Positions 23,910-33,841 of a stretch of 64,000 nucleotides of DNA are shown here, piece after piece; position 1 is the stretch's first letter, and the number at the start of each line of letters is the position of its first letter. Position numbers and translations under genes: made by a program. Under the pieces are notes generated by a model that searched no databases, was not told the DNA's origin, and worked only from the letters and a program-made list of their open reading frames with translations. The stretch comes from Alphaproteobacteria bacterium. Its GTDB lineage: Bacteria > Pseudomonadota > Alphaproteobacteria > MPNO01 > UBA830. The DNA is taken from NCBI GenBank assembly GCA_964291215.2, contig OZ219791.1, positions 256,001 through 320,000 of the forward strand. Reading direction: 5' to 3'.

Positions 23910-24174
23910 CGTCCCTTGCTCCTCGCCTCATGATGATACGGTTCAAACCTAGGCATCCATTCAGGACGCGAGGGACGTCAAGGGAGGTTGGCCGACCACT
24001 CTCATGAGCGGCTCTGAAAAGCCAAGGCCGAAACGGCAACCTCCGCGGAGATCGTTTGATCCCCGCACCCCGCTCCCCTGTGCGTTTTAGCACAGGGGAG
24101 CGGAATCTCTCTGCAACCATGGACCGGGTGCTCTCCCACAGTCGAGGTTGTCCACATTTTCCCGCCCCCAACCG
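23910..24174 (-). ncRNA. Putative IS110 bridge RNA (copy 2, 5'-truncated)
   Basis: Homologous to 5290-5560; its loop carries TCATGAG, the reverse complement of its own target CT-CATGA. Confidence 0.7.
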
Positions 24175-24700
24175 GGGTGAAAGTCTCGTATGGCACGGTT
24201 GCAGGCTCAGTACCATTTGTTCATCTCATGCGGCCAGTGCCGGGGTGTGGTTTGGGCTGATGTTGTCGTTGGCTGGTGCGTCGTCTGCACCGATCATGGC
24301 CGCCCACGCGCTCTCGAAGCGGCCGGATTCGAGCAGGGCGCGAAAGGTGATTGTCCGCCGACGATGCGCCAGCGCATGCCGGAGCGTTTTATGCGCTGTG
24401 TGACGAGGGTCTTGTTTGCCGCCTCGACAATTCCCGAGCCGGTTGCTTCAGTGCGTGGTAGCGCATTCGGTGGCGATGCTTGCGGAAGAAGGACAGTTCC
24501 CTGTCGACATCGGCCCGTTGGCGCCGCGGTGTCGCGAAGGTGGCGCAGCACCCGGATCACCCTGTCGATGCCGCGGGGGTCGTGACAAAATCCTGTTCTG
24601 AAACGGGCGATTGTCACGAAAACCCGTTTTCGCCGCTGCCTCGCGACCGCACAGCCGTGTTAAATCAATGACTTGGATTCGCCATACGAGAACTGCACCC
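24175..24700 (-). mobile_element. MITE-like deletion derivative of an ISKra4/ISLre2-like element
   Basis: IRs GGGTGCAGTTCTCGTATGGC / GCCATACGAGACTTTCACCC; GSGIVEAANKTLVTQRIKRSGMRW remnant; no TSD. Confidence 0.8.
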
Positions 24701-25705
24701 TGCGCGAGTGGCCGAGGCGACGGGGATGGGCACCGTTCGCGCCGGAGGAGCTTGATTCGGAGTCTTCGAGTGAGATTCCTTCAGGACGTTTGCGTCGCCC
24801 CGGCGGCGGGCGCAAGCGGGTGACGGATCCGGGTTTGTTGGCGGCGCGCGAGCTTGAACCGATGACACGCGGCGATCCGGAGAGTTTGTTGCGGTGTCAC
24901 AGTGCCGCACGGCTGGCGGACCGTCTTGCGGTCGAGGGTCAGCGAGCGCACGGTGAACCGGCTGCTCCACGATCCGGGGTACAGCCTTCAGGCCAACCGC
25001 AAGACGCTGGAAGGCCGCCAGCACCGGGATGCGCAGTTCCGACGCGCCGGGTGCGCGCGTTCCGGAGGCTGGGTCAGCCTGTGGTGACACGAAGAAGAAG
25101 GAAATCCAGTACCGCATGGCGGCCGGGCCCCAAGGGCGACCCTGAAGCCGTCAACGTGCATGACTTCCCCGATCCGGAGCTCGGATCCCCTACGGGGTCT
25201 ACGATCTCACCGCCAATGCCGGCCGGGTCAGCGTCGGGCACGACACGGCGGCGTTCGCGGTCGAGGCCGCTGGTGGCGGCAGATGGGCCAGCTGGTCTGT
25301 CCCGATGCCGGGCGCCTGCTGATCACCGCCGACGGCTCCAACAACAGCCGCAACCGGCTGTGGAAGCTGCAGCACCTCGCCGACGAACTCGGGTTGAAGG
25401 TGTCGGTGGCCCGCTTCCCGCCCGGAAAGTGGAACAAGATCGAGCACCGGATGTTCTGCCATATCACCCGGAACTGGCGCGGCCGGCCCCTCGTCAGCTA
25501 CCAGGTGATCGTCAAGCTGACCGCCGCGACCACCACCGGCCTCACCATACGCTCGCACCTCGACGAGAACAGCTATCCGCTCGGGGTCAAGGTCAGCGAC
25601 GATCAGATGGACGGCCTCGCCATCCGCATAGACCCGTTCCACGGCGAATGAAACTACACCCTCACACCACGAACATAACAATCAATTTATTTTGGCGAAA
25701 ATCTT
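24701..25705 (+). mobile_element. ISAzo13-family transposase remnant
   Basis: RRPGGGRK, GYSLQANRKT, VNVHDFPD, KWNKIEHRMFCHITRNWRGRPL. Confidence 0.8.
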
Positions 25706-26162
25706 CAAGGTCGTCCATGCCGAGGAAATACCGCCCGATCTTCTCGACGAGATGACGGGCGGGCCGGTTGCGGGGAGCGCGTTCGAGCGCCATATTGTGC
25801 GCTACATTGCCGAGCGCATGAACCTGACGCCGCCTTTGCTGGAGGCGTCGCTGCGCCGGACGAAGCCGGACCGCTGGGAGGTGCTGATGGGTACAGTCGC
25901 GCAAGCCTGGATCGAACAGGGAAGAGCTGAAGGAATCGAGAAGGGAATCGAACGGGGCCGGAGCGAGGGCCGGGAGGAAGGCCGGATAGAGGCCCTGGCA
26001 GAACTTCTTCTTCGCCAACTGGCGTTGCGCTTCGGTGATGTGCCGGGTGCGGTCCGCGAGCGGGTCCGCGGCGCGTCGGCCGCCGAACTGGAGGCCTGGG
26101 CGGAGGCGGTCCTGGTGGCCGCAACTCTTGATGAGGTGCTGAGCGCCAGGCCCGGGCGCTGA
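25706..26162 (+). pseudogene. C-terminal part of an Rpn/YhgA-like (DUF4351-type tail) protein
   Basis: MGTVAQAWIEQGRAEGIEKGIERGRSEGREEG..LLLRQLALRFG..LEAWAEAVL; 5' part replaced by ISAzo13. Confidence 0.75.
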
Positions 26163-26171
26163 GCCCGTAGC

Positions 26172-26700
26172 CTTTCAATCTGACACTATTGAGTTCATTG
26201 ATTTCTGCATATCGAGTTTCCGCATTGCTCGGTGATATTCGATGAAATTGAGGAGGATATTGTAACTCTGCCAGAGTTTCCCGGTTCCCGGCAGGGGTTG
26301 GCGTTTGCCGGGGATGAAGCCTGCCACGCGTGCGCCCTCGATGGCAAAGACTTCGATGGTCGGTTCGGGGTCGGGAGGTCCACGCGGTTTGTACTGTTTG
26401 TAGATCTTGTAGTTGTTCAGGGCCGTGATCTCGTCGCGGTGGACGATGCGGCTGGCCGGCGTGTCGGGCTTGCGAGACGCTCGACGGTCATGACGCGGCA
26501 TACGGTGATGGCGTCGAAGGCCGGACACTTCCTCAGGTCGTCGACCATCCCGAGGTCCCGCCGTGAGCGGCGAGGTCGAGTGCCGCTGCCATGGGCGCGA
26601 CTTCATGGTTGCGCAGATGCAGCTGCTGCGACGATCACGGAGCGGACCCCATCGCCCGCGCCTTCTGCCGCCGCCAGCCCCGAAGCTGATCACGTCGGAC
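26172..26700 (-). mobile_element. Divergent IS4-family transposase 3' fragment
   Basis: End CTTTCAA, as in the other IS4 elements; C-terminus ARVAGFIPGKRQPLPGTGKLWQ. Confidence 0.6.
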
Positions 26701-27235
26701 ACCGAGCCGCCGTCCCGAAGACCCTCGACGAGCCCCGCCCGCTGACACTACCTCGGATACACGCACCTGGTCGGCGCGCAGATGCGCTACGCGGTCCATG
26801 CGGCGAGCCGCTGCTTCTCGACCGCCGCATGGACCGCGCGCTGCAACACCACGCCCGTGCCCTGCGAGACCCTGGTCGAGGTCCCGCGCCGCGGCGTCTG
26901 CCGGCCGCGTCGGAACAACTAGCGGCCGCTACGACCGACATGACAGAAGCCGAAGAAGGACATCTGGCCCGCTCCGCAAGGACCGGAAGCGGACCCTCAG
27001 AACCCTGCAACCGGCACGGGATGGCGCTCAACTCCTCCTCCGCAGCGCCGGGACAAAACCGCGACCAATGCGGAAAACACGGCATCGCGCCAGTGTCCCT
27101 CACCGCGCATCCCGGCGCACGAAACCGCTCCGGGTGACGCTGGAACTCCCTGACAAAAGCCCGTCAAACGGACGAAAACAACAACACCTCACCGCACGAA
27201 CGAACGCTTACCGTGGGAAACACTTGGCCGTCAGG
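26700..27235 (+). pseudogene. DUF4338/DruA-like fragment followed by a probable IS end
   Basis: HYLGYTHLVGAQMRYAVH..CFSTAAW. Confidence 0.55.
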
Positions 27236-27397
27236 CAGGAGGTGTTGTTTTTCTGGACGTTTTCTGCTATATGATCTGTGTAAACATGCAGCATGATGCG
27301 CTGCTGCGCATTCTGCATGAGTGATTGATGCCTGCGCTACGTGAGACGCAACTCGGGCGTGTGCCGGGCTCGCAGAATGTGGAGATGAGAGGGTTCG

Positions 27398-28165
27398 ATG
27401 GCTCGTGCTAGGATGTCTTCAAGTTTGAAGAGGGTTCCGAAGTCGGACGACGACTCGGACGGTGCAGCTAAATCTTCGTCATCGCGGCGAAAGGCTGCGA
27501 GCAGGCCGAAAACCCGGACAGCAAAGAAACCGGTGCCGCCTTCGGCAAGAAAGAAAACCGTGGCGGAAAGCAAGAAGAATGCCGTGACAGACAACGGCAA
27601 GCGGCCGGCTGCTGCGGCAAAGGTCTCTGCCAAGACGGCTCCGGCCGAGAAACCGGCGGTCGCAAGGAAAACGGCCAGCAAATTGCCGTTCACAAAGGGC
27701 GACTATGTCGTCTATCCCACGCACGGCGTCGGTAAGGTTACTGGAATAAAGCGGCAGACAATCGCCGGATTCGACCTACAACTTTTTGTCATCGTCTTCG
27801 ATTCCGACAAGATGACCCTCAGGGTGCCGGTCGACAAGACCGCCGAATCGGGTCTGCGCAAGATCAGCTCCAGGGACAAGATGCGTACCGTCGTTGCGAC
27901 CCTCAAGGGCCGCGCCCGGTCCCGCAGGACGATGTGGAGCCGGCGGGCGCAGGAATACGGCACCAAGATCAACAGTGGCGATCCCGTGGCGGTCGCCGAG
28001 GTGGTGCGCGATCTCTACCGTTCGCCGAGCCAGCCGGAACAGTCCTACAGCGAACGCCAGATGTATGAGGCGGCCCTCGACCGCCTAGTGCATGAATACG
28101 CGCTGGTCCAGAAACTGGATGTGGAGACGGCGACCATCAAGATCGAGGAAATTCTCGGCGGCTGA
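27398..28165 (+). CDS. carD: CarD-family transcriptional regulator with basic N-terminal extension
   Basis: FTKGDYVVYPTHGVG, MWSRRAQEYGTKINSGD, QSYSERQMYEAAL. Confidence 0.92.
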   Translation: MARARMSSSLKRVPKSDDDSDGAAKSSSSRRKAASRPKTRTAKKPVPPSARKKTVAESKKNAVTDNGKRPAAAAKVSAKTAPAEKPAVARKTASKLPFTKGDYVVYPTHGVGKVTGIKRQTIAGFDLQLFVIVFDSDKMTLRVPVDKTAESGLRKISSRDKMRTVVATLKGRARSRRTMWSRRAQEYGTKINSGDPVAVAEVVRDLYRSPSQPEQSYSERQMYEAALDRLVHEYALVQKLDVETATIKIEEILGG

Positions 28166-28181
28166 CGCTCCTGCTCCACTG

Positions 28182-30032
28182 TCAGCCCTGGTCCCGCATT
28201 TCGTAGGCCTCGATGTCGCTGTCGCGTCCGCGGACCGGATACCGGCCGCGGAACACGAGATCGTTGCGGTCGGTCGCCAGAGCGGCGGTGTTCCCGCTGA
28301 CGAGGACCGCCGTTTCGGCCTCCGGAGCGACCTCCTTGCACAACGCTTCGAGGCGGGCGGCCACATTCACAGTATCGCCGACGACGGTGTAGTTCAGCCG
28401 GCCTTCGGGCCCGACATTGCCCACAATGGCGCGCCCGGTGTGAATGCCGATCCTCAGGCGAACGGGGTCCCGGCTGTCATCGCTCTGCCGCCTGTTGGCC
28501 TCCGTCATGCTGGCGCGGATGGATCTGGCTGTGCGCAATGCCTGATCGACGCCTGTCCCAGGATCGTCCGGTTCCCAGAACGCCATTACCGAATCGCCGA
28601 TGTACTTGTCCACGATTCCGCCCTCGGCCTCTATGCAGCGCACGAGGACCGAGAAGTGCTCATTGAGCAGGCTCGCCGTGTCTGCTGCAGACATATGTTC
28701 GGAGAGGGTGGAGAAGCCCGCGATGTCGGTAAACATCACGGTGATCGGTTTTTCCTCCGACGTCACGGCCGAGTCGTGCTCGATGAGACGCCGGACCAGA
28801 TGCCTCGGGACATAGGTCTGGAACCACCGCAGGCCGGTCGTCATCCGGTTGAACGCGCTTGCCGCCTCGTCGAGCTCGCGCAGCCGGCTGGGCCGGAGCC
28901 GGACCACGCGCTCGAATTCGAAATCGGCGATGGCGCGGGATCCCGCGGCAAGCACCCTGACGGGCGCGCTCACCCGCCGTCCGATCAGCAAGGCCGCGAT
29001 GATGCAAAAGATGATGATCACGGCGCCGGCGATGGCCGAATAGGCGATACGTCGGATTTCCGATCCGAGGCCATCGTCCGGTCCGACATATATCCCGACG
29101 GTCAGCGGCAGCTTCCCGAAATCTTCCAGCCCGCGATAGAGGAAAACGTGGCGCTCGCCGTCGATCAGGACCGTGTGTCCGCCGATCCCGCTGCCGATCT
29201 CGACCTGGAGATCCTCCCGGCTTTCCGTGTTCCAGAGCGCCGCCAGAACGGGATCGCCGACCTCGTTGACCAGTGGCAGCGGGACATCCGCGTTTCTCTT
29301 GTGCCCGCGGGCCACCATGTTCCGATGGGCGAGCACGTGAGTCCTGCGATAGAGGATGAAACGGTTGGTTCCCAAGGCCAAGTCGCTGGACCCGGCAATC
29401 GCCTCCGAGAGTTCGTTTGCGCTGACCGAAGATGCAAGAAAACCGCGAAATTTGCCGCCCCTGCGGATGGCTGTTCGCACCACAAGGAGCGTCAGCCCGA
29501 TCTCTTCCGCCCACAGGGGCCCGGTCCAGAATGGTCTCGTGGACTGTTCGCTGGCGGCTGCAATGCGGCTTGATATCCGGTTCGCGGTCTCGGGGTTGTC
29601 CAGCGCGTTCCGCATGCGGTAGGCGCCACGGCCTCGCCGGACGCGGAGGATGCGGCCGTCAGGATAGATGAACCCCATGCTGTACACCTGCTTGGTTCCA
29701 GCCATCGCGGCCAGCAGCGCATTCGCGAGTTGGTCGCTGTCTTCGACATCGACCTGACCGGAATCAATCAGTCGAATGACGTAGCTGTTGGTTTCCTCGA
29801 CCGGCTCAAGGTGTCGTTGCACAGTCGATGACAGGAACTGGATGCCGATTCGTGCATTGGCTGCGACGAGCGAAAAGGTGTTCTTCTGCGCGGTCCAGAG
29901 CGAGATTCCGAGCACGAGCAGCATGCCGCCCACGATCAGGGACCCGAAACCGAGCACCAGCGCCGTCGTGATCGAGAGGCCGATGCCCCGGCGTCTGCCG
30001 GCGGCGGGGCTCCTGGAATCGAGCGCCGCCAT
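28182..30032 (-). CDS. Membrane-bound adenylate/guanylate cyclase (Cache-HAMP-cyclase)
   Basis: Two TM segments, HAMP, MFTDIAGFS, DKYIGDSVMAFW, GDTVNVAARLE. Confidence 0.9.
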   Translation of the reverse strand: MAALDSRSPAAGRRRGIGLSITTALVLGFGSLIVGGMLLVLGISLWTAQKNTFSLVAANARIGIQFLSSTVQRHLEPVEETNSYVIRLIDSGQVDVEDSDQLANALLAAMAGTKQVYSMGFIYPDGRILRVRRGRGAYRMRNALDNPETANRISSRIAAASEQSTRPFWTGPLWAEEIGLTLLVVRTAIRRGGKFRGFLASSVSANELSEAIAGSSDLALGTNRFILYRRTHVLAHRNMVARGHKRNADVPLPLVNEVGDPVLAALWNTESREDLQVEIGSGIGGHTVLIDGERHVFLYRGLEDFGKLPLTVGIYVGPDDGLGSEIRRIAYSAIAGAVIIIFCIIAALLIGRRVSAPVRVLAAGSRAIADFEFERVVRLRPSRLRELDEAASAFNRMTTGLRWFQTYVPRHLVRRLIEHDSAVTSEEKPITVMFTDIAGFSTLSEHMSAADTASLLNEHFSVLVRCIEAEGGIVDKYIGDSVMAFWEPDDPGTGVDQALRTARSIRASMTEANRRQSDDSRDPVRLRIGIHTGRAIVGNVGPEGRLNYTVVGDTVNVAARLEALCKEVAPEAETAVLVSGNTAALATDRNDLVFRGRYPVRGRDSDIEAYEMRDQG

Positions 30033-30515
30033 CAGTCCGCGCGTCTCCGGCAACGGAATCCGTTCCGGACGCCACGACGCCGGCACGGGCCGGCCGCTTG
30101 CCGGAGAGTGGATGGTCCCGTCGTCGTCTCCGCATGCAATTCGCCAGTCGGCATGTTTCTCGCAACCCGTTTCGTTTCTGTCGTCATCCGGTCGGGTGAT
30201 CCGTCCGGCAGGGTCATCGGCTGTTGCCGTTGTCTTCGACAACCAGTTTCAGGTTCGTGCCTGTCCGCAGGCTAGCGCCGGGGCCTATTCTGTTCAGCAC
30301 GGCGAAGCGCTCGACACGGTAATCGGCGAAGGCCTGGCGGCGGGCGAGGCTCTCGATACTATCCCGATTGCCGACGGTCACAATCCGCAAACGGTACGGT
30401 TTCAGACTGGAGGCCTCGTCGGCGGTCAGGAGGCGGAAGCTGCGCAGGGCGCGGTGGAACGCTATCGTCAGGGCGCGGGTGCGGTCGGGCGGCGCCATGA
30501 AGATGAACCTGTAAA

Positions 30516-32008
30516 GTATCTACTCACCCCTAGTTGGGTTCTGATTGGCCATAGTGCTCGTTGATGATGTCTGCGGCTTTTCCGTCGAGGGCGATCTGGG
30601 TGGCGACGAGTGGGTTGTAGCCGGGTGCGGCCATGGAGGTGAGGTAGCTTGAGCCCCGGCACCATGCTTTTGCGTGGAGCGGAAGCATCCGGACACCTTG
30701 ACCTTTGCCATCCTGATCTTCTGTTCTCCGGCATTGTTGGTGAAGCTGACGTCGGGGTTGTCTATGAAGCGCAGGTTTTCGTGTTTCACGAGACGTTCGT
30801 GCAGGTTGTGCGCGTCGGACTTGCGTCCACGTTTTCCTTTCGTCGGGATGTCGGGCAGTTCCCTGGCGCCCTGATGGTGCGGTAGCGCCTGCGCCCGGCG
30901 TCGTTCAGGGTCTTGGATGCGCTGTTGTTGATCTTGTGGCAGACCTCGCGGAGCAGGCTCTTCATCAGTCGCGCCCAGCGGTAGCCTCGACGACAAAGGT
31001 CAGTTCGCGCAGCAGGTGGCTGCCGCACAGCTGGTGGCTACACTGGCCCATGTACGAGGCCCAGGACGCCCTTGTAGCACGGGCCGATCTCTTGCCCGCG
31101 CTTGCGGTGCGGGAACTTGCACGTCAGGGTCCCACGACATGAAGCCACTTACTGTTGATCCGAAATCGTCGACATCGGGCGTTGCAGGAGGTGCGCCACG
31201 GCGGCCTCCTCCCATGACGCATCGTGAAAGCATAGCCGAGGCCTCGGAGAGCTTGATGCCGGAGATCGCCTGCACGAGCGCGACAGCACAGCGCAGGGAC
31301 AGCATCTGGGCGACCAGCAGGTTGATGACGAGGGCCTGGATGCCGTACTGCACGGGATGTTGTCGGGGAACCGGCCCCGGGCCTTGCACTTCGGGCATTC
31401 CTTGATCTCGGCGCGGCGCTCGACGACCTCGAACACGATGTCGTGCGGCGCTCCCGATCGACGGGGCCGTCGGCGCCGCAGGCGTCGCAGGCCGCGACCG
31501 TCTCCTCGACGATGATCTTGCGCAGGTTGTCGCCCATCTGCTGGTTCGGCTTCGGGCCGTTGCTCCCGGCACGCTCTTGTCCGTCTGTGACGGCGGCAGA
31601 CCGGAGTTCCGGCTCGTGCGTGGTCTTCTCCAGAAGGACGACGATGATGATGTCGAGCAGGATGACGAAGACGCGAATCACGGCCTCTTCCGCCACCTTG
31701 CCGGCAGCGCCGCGGTCTTGGCCGCTTCGAACTCCTCGCGCGCCGCCCGTCGCCATCACCCGGCCTTGCGCTTCATCAGCACGCCGCCTCCGAGATGCGT
31801 TTCCACATACAGATCATGCGGGGGCTGGAGCCCCGGAAGCAGCTGGCACAGCCCGCTCGTCGCCTTTGATCCAAAGTAGCCCACTGGCGGTCCCCGTCGT
31901 TCTCGATGACCACCACTAAACGAATCGGCATGCAGTGTCAAATCTCCACGAAAACCCGTTCGTTGCTCTACCCCGACATCAAGCCGGAACCAGGGGGTGA
32001 GCAGTTAC
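30516..32008 (-). mobile_element. IS66-family MTase-carrying element, degraded copy C
   Basis: Same IRs; 8-bp TSD CCTGTAAA. Confidence 0.9.
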
Positions 32009-33180
32009 CCTGTAAATTGACTTGGTCAGGGGTTCGGTAGGCGGCAAGTCTCGCGTCGAACGCGCCGTCGCGGATTCGCAACCGTGTCGTTGCCGTCGCG
32101 GCTTCGATGCCGTTGACGCGCAGCGCTTCCAGTTGCGTGAAATACAGTCCGTTGGCCCAGAAATCCCGCAAATAGCCGGTCATGGCGCCGGTGAAGCGGC
32201 GTTGTTCCTGATCGAATAGGATGCCTTCCCTCGCGGGGCCGAAGGCTGCGACCGGGTTGGGGGAATTGAACAGGCTGAAACCCGGCGGCACGCGAAAGGC
32301 GAAACGCGCTGCCGGATGGAGAAAATCGTGGCCCCGCACGAAACCCTGTTCGCGACCATTACCAAAGACGATTCCCGAGATTTTCGAGAAATAGATATCG
32401 CGGGCGGTGATCGGGCCGCTCACATTCACGGCTCTGGCCATCCGTGTGGCGCGCCCGATCCGTTCGATCGGTGCCGGGTGGGTTGCCAGGTAGTTGAACC
32501 GGTCGACGGCATCGGGCGGAGCGCCCCGCCGCGACGAATCCCGGAGCCTGGTCAGAAAACGGCCCATGGCATCGGGATCGTACCCGACCCGCGCCAGATA
32601 CCGTATGGCCAGCCTGTCGGCCTCGTGCTCGTGTTCGCGGGAGAACGATCTCAACACCCCGGTCGTGGCGAGCTGGGCTAGGTCGTCGTAGCGGCCGTCA
32701 CCCAGGACACTCAGCCCGATCATTCCGATTGTTGCGATGACATTCCGGCCGTGGCTCCGGGCGCCGTGCCGGGCGGTGACGTGTCCGATCTCGTAGGCGA
32801 GCACGGCGGCGACCTCGGCTTCGTCGTTGGCAAGCGCCAGCAGGCCGCGAGTTAGGTAGATGTACCCCCCGGGCGCCGCGAAGGCGTTGACCGTCGGAGA
32901 GTTCAGGATGGTAAAGGTGAATTCGAGATCAGGGAGTTCCGACATGCTGGCCAGGAACCGGCTGATGCTGGCGATATACTCCTTGAGTTCCCGGGACCCG
33001 TATTCGCCGCCGAACATCTTCACGAACTTCGGGTGATTGGCCCGTCCGATGCTGGCCTCGCACTCCGATGGCATGCCGGCCGTGAAGATCCACGAGCCTG
33101 TCGCCGGATCGGTGCTGGTCCAGCCCCCCCCAGCGGAAGCGCGGGGGCTGTTGCCGCGAGGCAGAGAGCGAACGCGTATC

Positions 33181-33692
33181 GGGTGCAGTTCTCGTATGGC
33201 GAATCCAAGTCATTGATTTAACACGGTTGTGCGGTCGCGAGGCAGCAGCGAAAACGGGTTTTCGTGACAATCGCCCGTTTCAGGACAGGATTTTGTCACG
33301 ACCCCCGCGGCATCGACAGGGTGATCCGGGCGCTGCGCCACCTTCGCGACACCAACGGGCCAACATCGACAGGGAACTGTCCTTCTTCCGCAAGCATCGC
33401 CACCGCATGCGCTACCACGCGCTGAAGCAACCGGCTCGGGAATTGTCGAGGCGGCGACCCTCGTCACACAGCGCATGAAACGCTCCGGCATGCGCTGGCG
33501 CATCGTCGGCGGACAATCACCTTCCGCGCCCTGCTCGAATCCGGCCGCTTCGAGAGCGCGTGGACGGCCATGATCGGTGCAGACGACGCACCGGCCAACG
33601 ACAACATCAGCCCAAATCACACCCCGGCACTGGCCGCATGAGATGAACAAATGGTACTGAGCCTGCAACCGTGCCATACGAAACTCTCACCC
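33181..33692 (+). mobile_element. 512-bp MITE-like derivative of an ISKra4/ISLre2-like element
   Basis: IRs GGGTGCAGTTCTCGTATGGC / GCCATACGAAACTCTCACCC; 8-bp TSD CGCGTATC; near-identical to 24175-24700. Confidence 0.88.
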
Positions 33693-33841
33693 CGCGTATC
33701 CGGCAGCCTTCAAGGGTCCGCCTCCCTGTCTGTTCTCGTCTTGCCGCGCTCCGGGACGCGGATCCGGCTCCCGGTCGGCCTGTCCCACTCCCTTTTCATT
33801 CCAGATCGTTACCACCGTTTCCCAGAAAGCGAAATCTGCCG

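Larger units (their letters stand above)
19997..24174 (-). mobile_element. IS110-family element copy 2, interrupted by IS256 and IS66 copy B; left end truncated
   Basis: Segments 19997-20730, 22032-22241 and 23772-24174 are homologous to copy 1; right end GCCTTGCCAGGAAACATGGATGCT on the minus strand. Confidence 0.85.
30214..33710 (-). pseudogene. M48-family metalloprotease with C-terminal LysM-like region, disrupted by IS66 copy C and a MITE
   Basis: NAFAAPGGYIYLTRGLL, AYEIGHVTARH (HExxH altered), ATHPAP; C-terminus at 30214-30515. Confidence 0.85.

Noticed and set aside
30033-30242. N-terminal extension of the 686-aa cyclase ORF
   Set aside because: It overlaps the M48 stop region; the ATG at 30032 before the first TM segment is the more plausible start
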